A stretch of DNA of 32,000 bases, from the NCBI RefSeq assembly GCF_014252315.1, contig NZ_CP059216.1:388038-420037 (forward strand). Direction: 5' to 3'. Below the pieces are notes generated by a model. That model did not search any database. It was not told the DNA's origin and was given only the letters and a program-made list of their open reading frames with translations. Below are positions 1-10,466 of the stretch, one piece after another; positions within the stretch are counted from its first letter, which is position 1; every line of letters begins with the position of its first letter. This DNA is from Candidatus Saccharimonadota bacterium (GTDB lineage: Bacteria; Bacteroidota; Bacteroidia; Flavobacteriales; Blattabacteriaceae). The position numbers and the translations under genes are program-made.

Positions 1-805
1 TATATCTAATTATCATTAATATTGTATAAATAATTGGAATAACAAAAATAAAACTATCCAATCTATCTAAAAAACCCCCATGTCCTGGAAATATAATACT
101 AGAATTTTTTACATTACAATGTCTTTTTATAATTGATTCTATAAGATCTCCAATAGAACTAAATACTGATATTATAAATGAGAAAAATAACCAATAGTTA
201 TTTTTATATATCATACAAAATAAATATCCTGTTAAAATACAAAAAAATAAACCTCCAAAATATCCTTCTACAGATTTTTTAGGTGATATAGATATAAAAA
301 TTTTATTTTTTCCCCATTTATTTCCAATTATATAAGATAAAGAATCGTTAATCCAAACAAGAATAAATATTCCTAATATTATTTTTTTTCCATATAACAT
401 ATATATATAACATGTTAATAAAAATGGAATTACAATATAAATTAATCCAAATGATAATATACTAATTTTTAATATTTTATCATTTTTAGTATAATATAAA
501 AATAATTGAATTATAGAAAATGTTATAAAATATGAAACAAAAAATACTAAATATAAAGTAAATCCAATTTTTGATAAAAAATCAAAAAAAATAATAGAAA
601 AAAAAAATAAAAAAGTTATTTTTATTAATTCTATTTTTATTTTAAACATAATTAAAAATTCAATAAAACAAATAGAAGAAATTGACATCATTACTATTCT
701 AAATATTTTATCTCCATTTTGTATGGATAAAATAACTGATATGATATAAATAATTCCAGTAAATATTCTTGTTATAAGATTTTTATTATTTATATTTTTA
801 TACAT
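1..805 (-). CDS. cdsA: Phosphatidate cytidylyltransferase (CDP-diglyceride synthase); 3' end runs off the window
   Basis: Absent from the ORF track because it is edge-truncated. My hand translation of the minus strand from the ATG at 805 stays open to base 2 (268 codons). It is a multi-TM hydrophobic protein with W.ND..SY..G..WGKNK and SPKKSVEG. Near bases 60-140 it reads SIGDLIESIIKRHCNVKNSSIIFPGHGGFLDRLDS, which is the CTP_transf_1 signature. Confidence 0.9.
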   Translation of the reverse strand, partial: MYKNINNKNLITRIFTGIIYIISVILSIQNGDKIFRIVMMSISSICFIEFLIMFKIKIELIKITFLFFFSIIFFDFLSKIGFTLYLVFFVSYFITFSIIQLFLYYTKNDKILKISILSFGLIYIVIPFLLTCYIYMLYGKKIILGIFILVWINDSLSYIIGNKWGKNKIFISISPKKSVEGYFGGLFFCILTGYLFCMIYKNNYWLFFSFIISVFSSIGDLIESIIKRHCNVKNSSIIFPGHGGFLDRLDSFIFVIPIIYTILMIIRY

Positions 806-813
806 AATATGCA

Positions 814-2757
814 TTATGTAATATTATCAGCAGTTTTTTTTAACATATCATCAATCTCATCAGAAAAAGGTCTTTCTCCAAATATTTTTTTTAAATCTTC
901 TCTAAACAAAACTTCTTTTTCCAATAATCTATTAGCTAATAAAACTAATTTTTCTTCATTATTTTTTAGAATTTTTTTAGATCTATTATATTGTTCTGAA
1001 ATAATTTTTGATATTTCTTCATCTATAATTTGAGCAGTTTTTTCACTATATGGTTTAGAAAAATTAAAATCATCTTGACCAGTAGAATCGTAATAAGAAA
1101 TGTTACCAATTCTATCGTTTAATCCAAAAATTACAACCATAGATTGAGCTTGTTTTGTTACTCTCTCTAAATCATTTAATGCTCCTGTAGAAACTGATTT
1201 AAAAATAATTTCTTCAGCTGATCTTCCAGCTAATAGAGCACATATTTCGTCTTTCATCTGTTCTGGAGTTGTTATTTGTCTTTCTTCTGGTAAATACCAT
1301 GCAGAACCTAAAGATCTTCCTCTAGGTATTATAGTAACTTTAACCAAAGGAGAAGCGTGCTCTAATAACCAACTTATAACAGCATGTCCAGCTTCATGAT
1401 ATGCAATTCTTTTTTTTTCGTTTGGTTTAATTATTTTATTTTTTTTTTCCAATCCACCAATTATACGATCTATTGCGTCTAAAAAATCTTGATTTTTTAT
1501 TTTTTTTCTACTTTTTCTTGCTGCAATAAGAGCAGATTCGTTGCAAACATTTGCAATATCAGCTCCACTAAATCCTGGAGTTTGTCTTGCTAAAAAACCT
1601 ATATTAACATTTTTAGATAAAACTAATTTTTTTAAATGAACTTTAAATATTTCTATTCTTTCATTTAATTCTGGAGGATCAACTAAAATAGTTCTATCAA
1701 AACGTCCAGGACGTAATAATGCTTTATCCAATATATCAGAACGGTTAGTTGCTGCTAAAACAATAACATTAATATTAGTTCCAAATCCATCCATTTCTGT
1801 TAATAATTGATTTAATGTATTTTCTCTTTCGTCATTTGATCCTGCTATACTACTTTTTCCTCTTGCTCTTCCTATTGCATCTATCTCATCAATAAATATT
1901 ATACATGGAGATTTTTCTTTAGCTTTTTCAAACAAATCTCTAACTCTAGAAGCTCCTACTCCTACAAACATTTCTACAAAATCTGATCCTGATAAAGAAA
2001 AAAATGGAACTTTTGCTTCTCCTGCTACAGCTTTTGCTAATAAAGTTTTTCCAGTACCTGGAGGTCCTATTAGTAATGCTCCTTTAGGTATTTTACCCCC
2101 AAGTTTAGTATATCTTTGAGGACTTTTTAAAAATTCTACTATTTCTTGAACTTCTTCTTTAGCACCTTCTAATCCAGCTACATCTTTAAATGTAATTTTT
2201 ACATCATCATTTTCATCAAATAATTTTGCTTTAGATTTTCCAATATTAAATATTTGACCTCCAGGACCACTTCCTGCTGCACTTATTCTTTTGAATAAAA
2301 AAATCCAAAATAATATTAATAGTACAAAAAAAATACCATAATCAAAAAAAAATTTAGTTATTGTATATTCTTGTTGATTTTTAAAATCAATAACAGTATT
2401 TAATTTATATTTCTTTTTATATTCTTCAAATTTTCTTTGAAAAAACTGTAGATCACCTATTTCAAATTCATATTGTAATGGATTTTGTTGTCCAATAAAT
2501 TTTTTTTTATCATAATTATTTATATTTTCATTTTCATTTAAAAATTCTTTTTTTAAATAAACTTGAACAAGTTCTTTATGCTTTACAATAATTTTTTCTA
2601 TTTTTTTCTTAGATAGAATTTCAAAAAAAGTATCTTGATCTATTTTCTTTGGATTAGAAAAAGAAGATCTAAAAAAAAATATAATTAAAAATACGGCAAA
2701 TATTACAGCGTAAATCCAAAAGAAATTACTTCTATTTTTCAATTTTTTGTCTATCAT
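814..2757 (-). CDS. ftsH: ATP-dependent zinc metalloprotease FtsH
   Basis: 647-aa ORF with an N-terminal TM and periplasmic region. Walker [14 protein letters not shown], Walker [33 protein letters not shown], zinc motif HEAGHAV. Confidence 0.97.
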   Translation of the reverse strand: MIDKKLKNRSNFFWIYAVIFAVFLIIFFFRSSFSNPKKIDQDTFFEILSKKKIEKIIVKHKELVQVYLKKEFLNENENINNYDKKKFIGQQNPLQYEFEIGDLQFFQRKFEEYKKKYKLNTVIDFKNQQEYTITKFFFDYGIFFVLLILFWIFLFKRISAAGSGPGGQIFNIGKSKAKLFDENDDVKITFKDVAGLEGAKEEVQEIVEFLKSPQRYTKLGGKIPKGALLIGPPGTGKTLLAKAVAGEAKVPFFSLSGSDFVEMFVGVGASRVRDLFEKAKEKSPCIIFIDEIDAIGRARGKSSIAGSNDERENTLNQLLTEMDGFGTNINVIVLAATNRSDILDKALLRPGRFDRTILVDPPELNERIEIFKVHLKKLVLSKNVNIGFLARQTPGFSGADIANVCNESALIAARKSRKKIKNQDFLDAIDRIIGGLEKKNKIIKPNEKKRIAYHEAGHAVISWLLEHASPLVKVTIIPRGRSLGSAWYLPEERQITTPEQMKDEICALLAGRSAEEIIFKSVSTGALNDLERVTKQAQSMVVIFGLNDRIGNISYYDSTGQDDFNFSKPYSEKTAQIIDEEISKIISEQYNRSKKILKNNEEKLVLLANRLLEKEVLFREDLKKIFGERPFSDEIDDMLKKTADNIT

Positions 2758-2836
2758 ACTAAAAATTTCTCCATTTTTTTATAAATTAATTTAATAAAAA
2801 CCAATTCTGATATTAACAAAATTTATATTCTTATAT

Positions 2837-3163
2837 TTAATTATCTATTGTTTTTTCTTTCCAAAAATTATCTATATCATAATACAATCTAGTTTTTTCT
2901 TGAAAAATATGTACAACAATAGAAATATAATCTAATAATATCCATTCTCTATTTTTTAATCCTTCTTTATGCCAAGGTTTTTCATTTAATTTATTTTTTG
3001 TAATTTTTTCTATAGATTGAAATATTGCATAAACTTGATTCTTGGATTTTCCATTACAAATAATAAAATAATCACATATAAAATTTTTATTTTTTATATT
3101 CAAAATGGAAATGTTTTCTCCCTTAACTATTTGAATACCTTTCAAGATTATTTTTAATAACAA
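2837..3163 (-). CDS. rsfS: Ribosome silencing factor RsfS (iojap family)
   Basis: 108 aa. RsfS core DYFIICNGKSKNQVYAI and WILLDYISIVVHIF..R.YYDID.FW. The track start is a TTG, so the true start is uncertain. Confidence 0.85.
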   Translation of the reverse strand: MLLKIILKGIQIVKGENISILNIKNKNFICDYFIICNGKSKNQVYAIFQSIEKITKNKLNEKPWHKEGLKNREWILLDYISIVVHIFQEKTRLYYDIDNFWKEKTIDN

Positions 3164-3262
3164 AATAAAAAAATTTTTTCATTAAATTGAAACAAAAATA
3201 ATATTTTCATTTTTAAATGAAAATGAATTTTTTATTACTTATAAAGAAAATATAAAAACATT

Positions 3263-4009
3263 TTGATAAAATTTATATGGCCAATAGATATTATTTATTT
3301 AAATAAAATTGATTCAACTAATAAATTTGCAAGAAGATATTTTAATAATTTTTTTTATAAAAATGAAAAATGGATAATAATACGATCAGATAATCAAACA
3401 GATGGAATAGGTATTAGTGGAACATGGGTTTCAGAATATAAAAAAAATTTAACTTTTAGTATATTTTTTAATCCTAAGAATATATATGTTTATGATGGAT
3501 TTATATTAAATATTATAACTAGTAATGCAATTCATAAAGTTTTGTCAAAAAAAATAAATAATATAGTTTATATAAAATGGCCAAACGATATTATTATTAA
3601 TAATAAAAAAGTAGGAGGAATTTTAATAGAAAATAGAATTTCTTTCAAAAAAATTAACAGTACTATTATTGGAATAGGAATAAATATAAAACAAAATAAA
3701 TTTAATCCTAATTGGAATGCTTCGTCTTTAAATATGATTTTAAATATAAATTTTGAATTAGATTTGATATTTTTTGAAATTATTTTTTTTATTCAAAAAG
3801 AATATTTTAATTATTTAAATAATAAACATATACAAAAATATTTTATTGAAAATCTTTATTTAAAGAATAAAATATTTAAATTTTTTTCTTATAAACATAA
3901 TTATATATTATCAGGAGTTATAAAATCTGTAACAAATAAAGGATTCTTACTTGTGGAAAGTAATAGTAAAAAATATCTTTTTTGGCAAAAAGATATTAAA
4001 TTTTTATAA
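3263..4009 (+). CDS. birA: Biotin--[acetyl-CoA-carboxylase] ligase, class I (no DNA-binding domain)
   Basis: 248 aa. IDSTN at residue 16, so there is no N-terminal wHTH. KWPNDIIINNKKVGGILIEN catalytic core. The glycine loop is atypical (see findings). The track start is TTG. Confidence 0.85.
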   Translation: MIKFIWPIDIIYLNKIDSTNKFARRYFNNFFYKNEKWIIIRSDNQTDGIGISGTWVSEYKKNLTFSIFFNPKNIYVYDGFILNIITSNAIHKVLSKKINNIVYIKWPNDIIINNKKVGGILIENRISFKKINSTIIGIGINIKQNKFNPNWNASSLNMILNINFELDLIFFEIIFFIQKEYFNYLNNKHIQKYFIENLYLKNKIFKFFSYKHNYILSGVIKSVTNKGFLLVESNSKKYLFWQKDIKFL

Positions 4010-4024
4010 AAATCATTATTATAT

Positions 4025-5725
4025 TCATAATAATTTTTTTTCATTTAAAAAAAATTTTTTAATAAAAAAGAAAAATCCAATATTTATTATATTAGAAGTA
4101 AAATAATATAAAGATAAAGCAGATGCATAACTATTTATAAATAATAACATTATAATAGGCATTATATATAACATATAATTCATATTTGATGAAAAAGGAT
4201 TATATTCATAATTATTGTTAATATTTAAATTACTACCATTATTACTTAATTTAGTATAAATCACTAGTGCTAAAGAATATAACAAAGTTAATAAACTTAC
4301 ATGATTTCCGTAAAATGGAATAAAAAATGGTAATTCTAAAATAGAATCATATGAAGTTAGATCATCTACCCAAAGAAACGATTTTCCTCTCAAATTAATT
4401 AATGTTGGAAAAAATTTAAATAAAGAGTAAAATATAGGAATTTGTAATAATGCAGATAAACATCCAGACATAGGATTAATTCCAGATTTTTTATATAAAT
4501 CAATCATTTTTTTCTGTTTCTTTAAAATATCTTTTTCTTCATTTATTTTTTCTATATCTGGACGTATTAATTTCATTATAGCACTTAATTTATATTGTTT
4601 ATAAGTAATTGGGGATAATAACAATTTTACTACAATAGTCATTAGTATAATAATTACTCCATAATTTAAATTAGTTTTTTCTAAAAATTGAAATATTGTA
4701 AGAAAAAAATATTTATTAATCCATTTTAAAAATCCCCATCCAAATGGAATAATATCTTCATAATTATTTTTATATTTTTTTAATAAATTAAAATCTAATG
4801 GACCAAAATAAAAACGAATAAAAAAATTTAATTCACTATTTTTATTTATTAATGTATTTATTCTAATTTTTTTTAGATTGTTTTCGTTAGAAATATTTTC
4901 AGAATCAATAAAAATATTATTTAAAATTTTGTTAGGATTAATTATTGTAGTAAAAAACTGTTGTTTACAAGCTATCCATTTGACATTATTAAATCTTTTT
5001 TTTTCTGTTTGTTTTTCAGATAAATAATTTATTGATGATTTATTTTTCTTATTATCATAAGAGCAATAATAAACTTGAGTATAAGAATTTTCCCAATTTT
5101 TATCCTTTTCTAAAGGAATTAAATCTTGTTTTATATCCAAATATGTAGTATAATTATTAATTAATCTAAAATTTTCTGTTTTAATAAAAAAATCTACATT
5201 GTATTTATTACCTTTTTCTATCTTGTATATATAATACAAAAATCCTTTTCCATATGGATTATTAGCTTTTAAAACAATGATATTATGTTTTTTGGTTTCT
5301 TTTTTAAGAAAAAGTTTAAAATGTAGTTTATCAGTAGTTATACTTTTACCATTTTTATTACTAAAAAATATTCTATATAAAAAACTATAATTTTTAGATA
5401 AAAAAAGATTTTTATTTATTTTATTGGAAGAAGACTTATTTAAATGATAATTATATGATTTATACTTTTTTAAAAGTATATCACTTATAACACCTCCTAA
5501 ACTAGATATTTTTATATTAATTACTTTATTTTCTAAAACAAATAATTTTTCAGGATTTTCATTATTTTTTCTATTTATATGTAAAAAATCAATTTTTTCA
5601 TGACTAACATATTTTACTTTTTGATTTTTTTCATTATTATTAAATAAATATGTAAAAATCATTAAAATAAAAAATATAAGAAATAATCCTATTATAGAAT
5701 TATAATCTAAATTTTTATCTCTCAT
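4025..5725 (-). CDS. yidC: Membrane protein insertase YidC
   Basis: 566 aa. N-terminal TM, large periplasmic domain, and a C-terminal insertase core (LLSPITYKQYKLSAIMKLIRPDIEKI, GINPMSGCLSALLQIPIF). Confidence 0.93.
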   Translation of the reverse strand: MRDKNLDYNSIIGLFLIFFILMIFTYLFNNNEKNQKVKYVSHEKIDFLHINRKNNENPEKLFVLENKVINIKISSLGGVISDILLKKYKSYNYHLNKSSSNKINKNLFLSKNYSFLYRIFFSNKNGKSITTDKLHFKLFLKKETKKHNIIVLKANNPYGKGFLYYIYKIEKGNKYNVDFFIKTENFRLINNYTTYLDIKQDLIPLEKDKNWENSYTQVYYCSYDNKKNKSSINYLSEKQTEKKRFNNVKWIACKQQFFTTIINPNKILNNIFIDSENISNENNLKKIRINTLINKNSELNFFIRFYFGPLDFNLLKKYKNNYEDIIPFGWGFLKWINKYFFLTIFQFLEKTNLNYGVIIILMTIVVKLLLSPITYKQYKLSAIMKLIRPDIEKINEEKDILKKQKKMIDLYKKSGINPMSGCLSALLQIPIFYSLFKFFPTLINLRGKSFLWVDDLTSYDSILELPFFIPFYGNHVSLLTLLYSLALVIYTKLSNNGSNLNINNNYEYNPFSSNMNYMLYIMPIIMLLFINSYASALSLYYFTSNIINIGFFFFIKKFFLNEKKLL

Positions 5726-5739
5726 AATATAAAAATATT

Positions 5740-7365
5740 CTAAACATCATACGATTTATATTTCTTAGAATTTAAAATAAAAGAAACAAATAAAGGATGA
5801 GGATTTATTACTGTACTTTTATATTCTGGATGATATTGAACTCCTATAAAAAATAAATGAGTTTTTAATTCTAAAGCTTCTACTAATCCAGTTTCTGGAT
5901 TTAATCCAACAGCTTTCATCCCAAAATTAGAAAAAATTTTTAAATAATTATTATTGAATTCATACCTATGACGATGTCTTTCAAAAATTTCACTTTTACC
6001 ATAAATAGAAAATAATTTAGATTTTTTTATTAGAATACATTTCCAATTTCCTAAACGCATAGTTCCTCCTTTTTCTAAAATTTTTTTTTGTTTTTTCATT
6101 AACTTTATAATTGGATCGGAAGTAAATGGATTAATTTCATAACTATCTGCATTTTTTAATCCTAAAACATTTCTAGCAAATTCTATTGCAGAAATTTGCA
6201 TACCCAAACATATTCCAAGAAATGGAATTTTATTTTCTCTAGCATATTTTGTTGCCAATATTTTTCCTTCTACTCCTCTTTTTCCAAATCCTGGAGCTAT
6301 TAAAATTCCAGATATATTTTCAAAAAATTTTTTCATATTATTTTCTTTAATCATTTCGGAATAAATCCATTTTATTTTAATAGATATTCTATTTTTAGTT
6401 CCCGCATGAATTAACGCTTCTATAATAGATTTATAAGAATCACGTAAAGAAACATACTTTCCAACTAATGCTATTTTTACTTCCCATTTTGGATGTTTGT
6501 ATTTTTTTATAAATGATTTCCATTTATTTAAATATATATTTTTTGAAGAAATATATTCTAATTTTAAGTGATTTAAAACTTTTTTATCAAAATTTTGTAA
6601 ATGCAATAAATAAGGTATTTCATATATAATTTTAGTATCAATAGATTCTATTACATATTCAGGATTAACATTACAAAATAATGATAATTTTTTTCTAACA
6701 TTATCAGATATATGTTTTTTGGTTCTGCAAACAATGATATCTACTTGTAATCCATTTTCCATTAAATTTCTAACTGAATGTTGTGTTGGTTTTGTTTTTA
6801 ACTCTCCGCTAACAGAAATATATGGCAATAATGTTAAATGAATTATTAAACTATTAAATTTTCCTAATTCCCACCTTAATTGTCTTATAGACTCAATATA
6901 TGGTAATATTTCAATATCTCCTACAGTTCCTCCTATTTCAGTAATAATAACATCATACTTATTACTTTTTCCAATAATATTAATACGTCTTTTAATTTCA
7001 TTAGTTATATGAGGAATAACTTGAACAGTTTTTCCTAAATAATCACCTTTTCTTTCATTATCTATGACTGTTTTATATACTAATCCAGAAGTAATATTAT
7101 TATATTTTGTTGTATTTTGATTCAAAAATCTTTCATAATGACCCAAATCCATATCTGTCTCAAATCCATCTTCAGTTACAAAACATTCTCCATGTTCGTA
7201 TGGATTTAAAGTTCCAGGATCTACATTAAGATAAGGATCTAATTTCAATATAGATACTTTATATCCTTTAGACTTAAGTAAAATCCCTAATGAAGCAGAA
7301 ACGATTCCTTTTCCTAATGATGAAATAACACCACCTGTTACAAAAACATATTTTGTTTTTAACAT
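5740..7365 (-). CDS. pyrG: CTP synthase
   Basis: 541 aa. N-terminus KYVFVTGGVISSLGKG, glutaminase Cys in GICLGMQ, HRHRYEFN. Confidence 0.97.
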   Translation of the reverse strand: MLKTKYVFVTGGVISSLGKGIVSASLGILLKSKGYKVSILKLDPYLNVDPGTLNPYEHGECFVTEDGFETDMDLGHYERFLNQNTTKYNNITSGLVYKTVIDNERKGDYLGKTVQVIPHITNEIKRRINIIGKSNKYDVIITEIGGTVGDIEILPYIESIRQLRWELGKFNSLIIHLTLLPYISVSGELKTKPTQHSVRNLMENGLQVDIIVCRTKKHISDNVRKKLSLFCNVNPEYVIESIDTKIIYEIPYLLHLQNFDKKVLNHLKLEYISSKNIYLNKWKSFIKKYKHPKWEVKIALVGKYVSLRDSYKSIIEALIHAGTKNRISIKIKWIYSEMIKENNMKKFFENISGILIAPGFGKRGVEGKILATKYARENKIPFLGICLGMQISAIEFARNVLGLKNADSYEINPFTSDPIIKLMKKQKKILEKGGTMRLGNWKCILIKKSKLFSIYGKSEIFERHRHRYEFNNNYLKIFSNFGMKAVGLNPETGLVEALELKTHLFFIGVQYHPEYKSTVINPHPLFVSFILNSKKYKSYDV

Positions 7366-7445
7366 ATCTTAAAATCAACGTAATTTATATGTAATTTTTT
7401 AATATTTATAAAAAATTATAAATTTTTTTTTATATTTACCAAAAT

Positions 7446-7552
7446 AAGGGCAAGTCCTACACTATCAGCTCCCTTATTAATCCTCCAGGGTGGGAACACA
7501 GCAAAGGCAAATTAGGTTGTAGCGATGTGATGTAGAAAAGCTTGTCCTTTTT
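7446..7552 (+). ncRNA. ffs: Signal recognition particle RNA (small/4.5S type)
   Basis: A GC-enriched island in the 226-bp pyrG-clpX spacer. Domain IV architecture is readable: CCAGG (7485-7489), GUG stem, GGAA tetraloop (7493-7496), CAC stem, AGCA (7500-7503), then AAGGCA and GAUGUAG, collinear with E. coli 4.5S (CAGGUCCGGAAGGAAGCAGCCAAGGCA...GGGAUGUAGC). The terminal helix AAGGGCAAG (7446-7454) pairs with CUUGUCCUU (7541-7549) and is followed by U's. A TATATTTA box sits just upstream. Ends are accurate to about 5 nt. Confidence 0.85.
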
Positions 7553-7591
7553 AAATCCTAGATTAAAATTTTAAAAGATGGATATTAATTT

Positions 7592-8815
7592 ATGAATAAT
7601 AATTCATTAAAATGTTCTTTTTGTGGAAGAAAAAAAGAAGATTTAACTATATTGATATCAGGAATAAATGCTCATATATGTGGATTTTGTATAGAAAAAA
7701 GTCATTCTATTATTCATCATAATTATATTAATAAAGAAAAAATTAATAAGAAAAAATTATATATAGATTTATCAAAAAAACCTAAAAATATTAAATCATT
7801 TTTAGATAAATATATTATAGGTCAAGAAGAAACAAAGAAAGTTATATCTGTTGCTGTATATAATCATTATAAAATGATATATTTAAATGAAAAAAATATA
7901 GATACATGTAAAGATAATTCTATAGAAATAGAAAAATCCAATATATTGTTAATTGGGCCGACAGGAACTGGTAAAACTTTAATAGCTAAAAGTATAGCTA
8001 ATTTATTAAAAGTTCCTTTTACAATTGCAGATGCTACATCGTTAACTGAAGCTGGATATGTTGGAGAAGATGTAGAATCTATATTAACTAGATTATTACA
8101 ATCATCAGATTATGACATAAATTCTGCAGAAAAAGGTGTTGTTTTCATAGATGAAATAGACAAAATCTCTAGAAAAAGTAATAATCCTTCTATTACTAGA
8201 GATGTATCTGGAGAAGGAGTACAACAAGCATTATTAAAAATTATAGAAGGTACTATTGTAAATGTTCCACCTCAAGGTGGAAGAAAACATCCAGAACAAA
8301 AGATGATTCAAATAAATACCAGTAATATTTTGTTTATAGGTGGAGGAACTTTTAATGGAATTGAAAATATTATTAAGGAAAGAAATAATAATATATCTTC
8401 TATTGGTTTTATTAATAAAAATAAAAATAATTTAGATAGATTTTTTTCAAAAAAAAGTATTTTACCATTAGACTTAAAAAAATTTGGATTAATTCCTGAA
8501 TTGATAGGTAGATTTCCTATTATTACCTGTTTAAGTTCATTAGATAAAAAAAATTTAAAAAAAATTTTAATAGAACCTAAAAATTCTCTAATAAATCAAT
8601 ATAAAAAATTATTTAATTTAGATAATATTAAATTAAGTATAACAAATAATGCTTTAGATATTATTGTAAAAAAAACCTATCAATTAGGACTTGGAGCTAG
8701 AGGATTACGTGTTTTTTGTGAAAAAATTTTTTTAGATTATATATTTAACATTGATAAAATAAAAGATGGAAAATTAGAAATAACTAAGGATATAATTATA
8801 AATAAAATTTATTAA
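7592..8815 (+). CDS. clpX: ATP-dependent Clp protease ATP-binding subunit ClpX
   Basis: 407 aa. C4 zinc finger CSFCG...CGFC, Walker A GPTGTGKT, pore loop GYVGEDV, Walker [12 protein letters not shown] loop. Confidence 0.97.
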   Translation: MNNNSLKCSFCGRKKEDLTILISGINAHICGFCIEKSHSIIHHNYINKEKINKKKLYIDLSKKPKNIKSFLDKYIIGQEETKKVISVAVYNHYKMIYLNEKNIDTCKDNSIEIEKSNILLIGPTGTGKTLIAKSIANLLKVPFTIADATSLTEAGYVGEDVESILTRLLQSSDYDINSAEKGVVFIDEIDKISRKSNNPSITRDVSGEGVQQALLKIIEGTIVNVPPQGGRKHPEQKMIQINTSNILFIGGGTFNGIENIIKERNNNISSIGFINKNKNNLDRFFSKKSILPLDLKKFGLIPELIGRFPIITCLSSLDKKNLKKILIEPKNSLINQYKKLFNLDNIKLSITNNALDIIVKKTYQLGLGARGLRVFCEKIFLDYIFNIDKIKDGKLEITKDIIINKIY

Positions 8816-9801
8816 TTATTTTTAATAATTGTAAAAATATTTTTAATTAAATTTTTTAATCCATTCTTTTTTAAAGAAGAAACAAATATTATTTTTTCTT
8901 TAATATTTGAAAAATAATTAGTTATATATTTTTTTTTGTTATCACTAATCAATTCTGATTTAGATATTACTAATATTCTTTTTTTATTTAATAATTTTTT
9001 ATTAAAATTATTTAATTCTTCTAATAATACTTTATACTGATAATATTCATTATTATTTTCAGGAGAAATTAATAATAATAAAATTGAACTACGTTCTATA
9101 TGTCTTAAAAAATTATTTCCTAATCCTTTTCCAATATAAGATTTTTCTATAATTCCCGGAATATCTAAAACAACAAATGATTCAAAATTTATGGTTAAAA
9201 TTCCTATATATGGAATTTTATTAGTAAAATAAAAATTTCCTATTTTTGGTTTAGCATTTGTTAATACAGAAAGTAAAGTTGATTTACCTACATTAGGTAA
9301 TCCTATTATACTAATATCTGATAATATTTTTAGTTCCAAAATTATCCATTTACCTTTTGTTTTTATTCCATTTTGTGCATAAAAAAAATTTTTATTTCTT
9401 GAATTTTTAAAAAAATAATTGCCTTTTCCTCCTTTTCCACCTTTGAATAAAATTTTTTTTTGAAGATTTTCAGTAATTTCTATAATTATATTGTTATGTT
9501 CATTTTTAACAACAGTTCCTATTGGAACTTCTATTAATAAATTTTTTCCATTTGATCCAGTAATATTATTTTTTTTTCCAGGATTTCCAGAATTTGCTAT
9601 CCAATGTTTATGATATTTTAAATGAATAAATGTATGAATATTTGAATTTCCTTGTATAAATATATTCCCACCATTCCCACCTGAACCTCCATCTGGACTT
9701 CCTTTCATAGTCTGTCTTTTCCTGTTAAAATGAATAATCCCTTTACCTCCATCTCCACTTTTACAAAAAATTCTAATAAAATCTACGAAAGAATTTTTCA
9801 T
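8812..9801 (-). CDS. obg: GTPase Obg/CgtA
   Basis: 329 aa. Glycine-rich Obg fold (DGGSGGNGGNIF, GGKGGKGN), G1 GLPNVGKST, G3 DIPG. The 3' end overlaps clpX convergently by 4 bp. Confidence 0.93.
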   Translation of the reverse strand: MKNSFVDFIRIFCKSGDGGKGIIHFNRKRQTMKGSPDGGSGGNGGNIFIQGNSNIHTFIHLKYHKHWIANSGNPGKKNNITGSNGKNLLIEVPIGTVVKNEHNNIIIEITENLQKKILFKGGKGGKGNYFFKNSRNKNFFYAQNGIKTKGKWIILELKILSDISIIGLPNVGKSTLLSVLTNAKPKIGNFYFTNKIPYIGILTINFESFVVLDIPGIIEKSYIGKGLGNNFLRHIERSSILLLLISPENNNEYYQYKVLLEELNNFNKKLLNKKRILVISKSELISDNKKKYITNYFSNIKEKIIFVSSLKKNGLKNLIKNIFTIIKNN

Positions 9802-10391
9802 AAATTATTTTTTATAATTAAATTATTTATTTTTCTATCTATGATATAAGATAATTTTTTTATGGAAAAAGAAGCATCTAATTTCATAATAATATTTTTC
9901 CATTTTATATTTTTCCATATAAAATAAGTTTCATTATTATATGCCTCTATTCTTTTTTTTATAATTGTAATATTCATATCATCATTACGAAATTTTTCTT
10001 TTCCTCTTTTTAATAATCTATTTATTAACGACTTATTATCAATTAAGAAAAAAAATATTATACTTATTTTTCCTATAGAAAATTTTTTTAAAGTTTTTTC
10101 TAAAGAAATTATTTGATTTTTAGTTCTTGGATATCCATCATAAATAATTCCTTTATAAGAAGAAAGTTTTTTTATTTCTGTATTTACTATATTTGTGGTA
10201 ATAATATCAGGAACTAATTCTCCTTTATTTATATAAAAAGCAACAATTTTTCCTAAATCAGTATTTTTTTTTATATGATTTCTAAATATTTTTCCAGTAG
10301 ATAAATGAATAAAACCAAAATTATTTGCTATAATTTTAGCTTGAGTTCCTTTACCACATCCAGGAGGTCCTGATAATATAATATGTACCAT
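9798..10391 (-). CDS. adk: Adenylate kinase (short-LID type)
   Basis: 197 aa. P-loop GPPGCGKGTQA, GYPRT, FRNDD. 4-bp overlap with obg. Confidence 0.95.
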   Translation of the reverse strand: MVHIILSGPPGCGKGTQAKIIANNFGFIHLSTGKIFRNHIKKNTDLGKIVAFYINKGELVPDIITTNIVNTEIKKLSSYKGIIYDGYPRTKNQIISLEKTLKKFSIGKISIIFFFLIDNKSLINRLLKRGKEKFRNDDMNITIIKKRIEAYNNETYFIWKNIKWKNIIMKLDASFSIKKLSYIIDRKINNLIIKNNL

Positions 10392-10466
10392 AAAAATAAT
10401 ATGTATAGGAAAAAAATTAATAATGTAATAAAATTATATAAGAATAAACTATAAATAAAAAATTAC

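Noticed and set aside
809-1033. 74-aa plus-strand ORF from the track.
   Set aside because: It lies entirely antisense to the well-supported ftsH and is a low-complexity S/F/I-rich shadow ORF.
3204-3223. A 20-bp palindrome ttttcattt-tt-aaatgaaaa in the rsfS/birA divergent spacer, considered as a BirA (bioO-like) operator.
   Set aside because: This BirA lacks the N-terminal wHTH domain (IDSTN is at residue 16), so it cannot be a repressor. The palindrome is pure A/T apart from one C/G pair, which is easily produced by chance in this composition.
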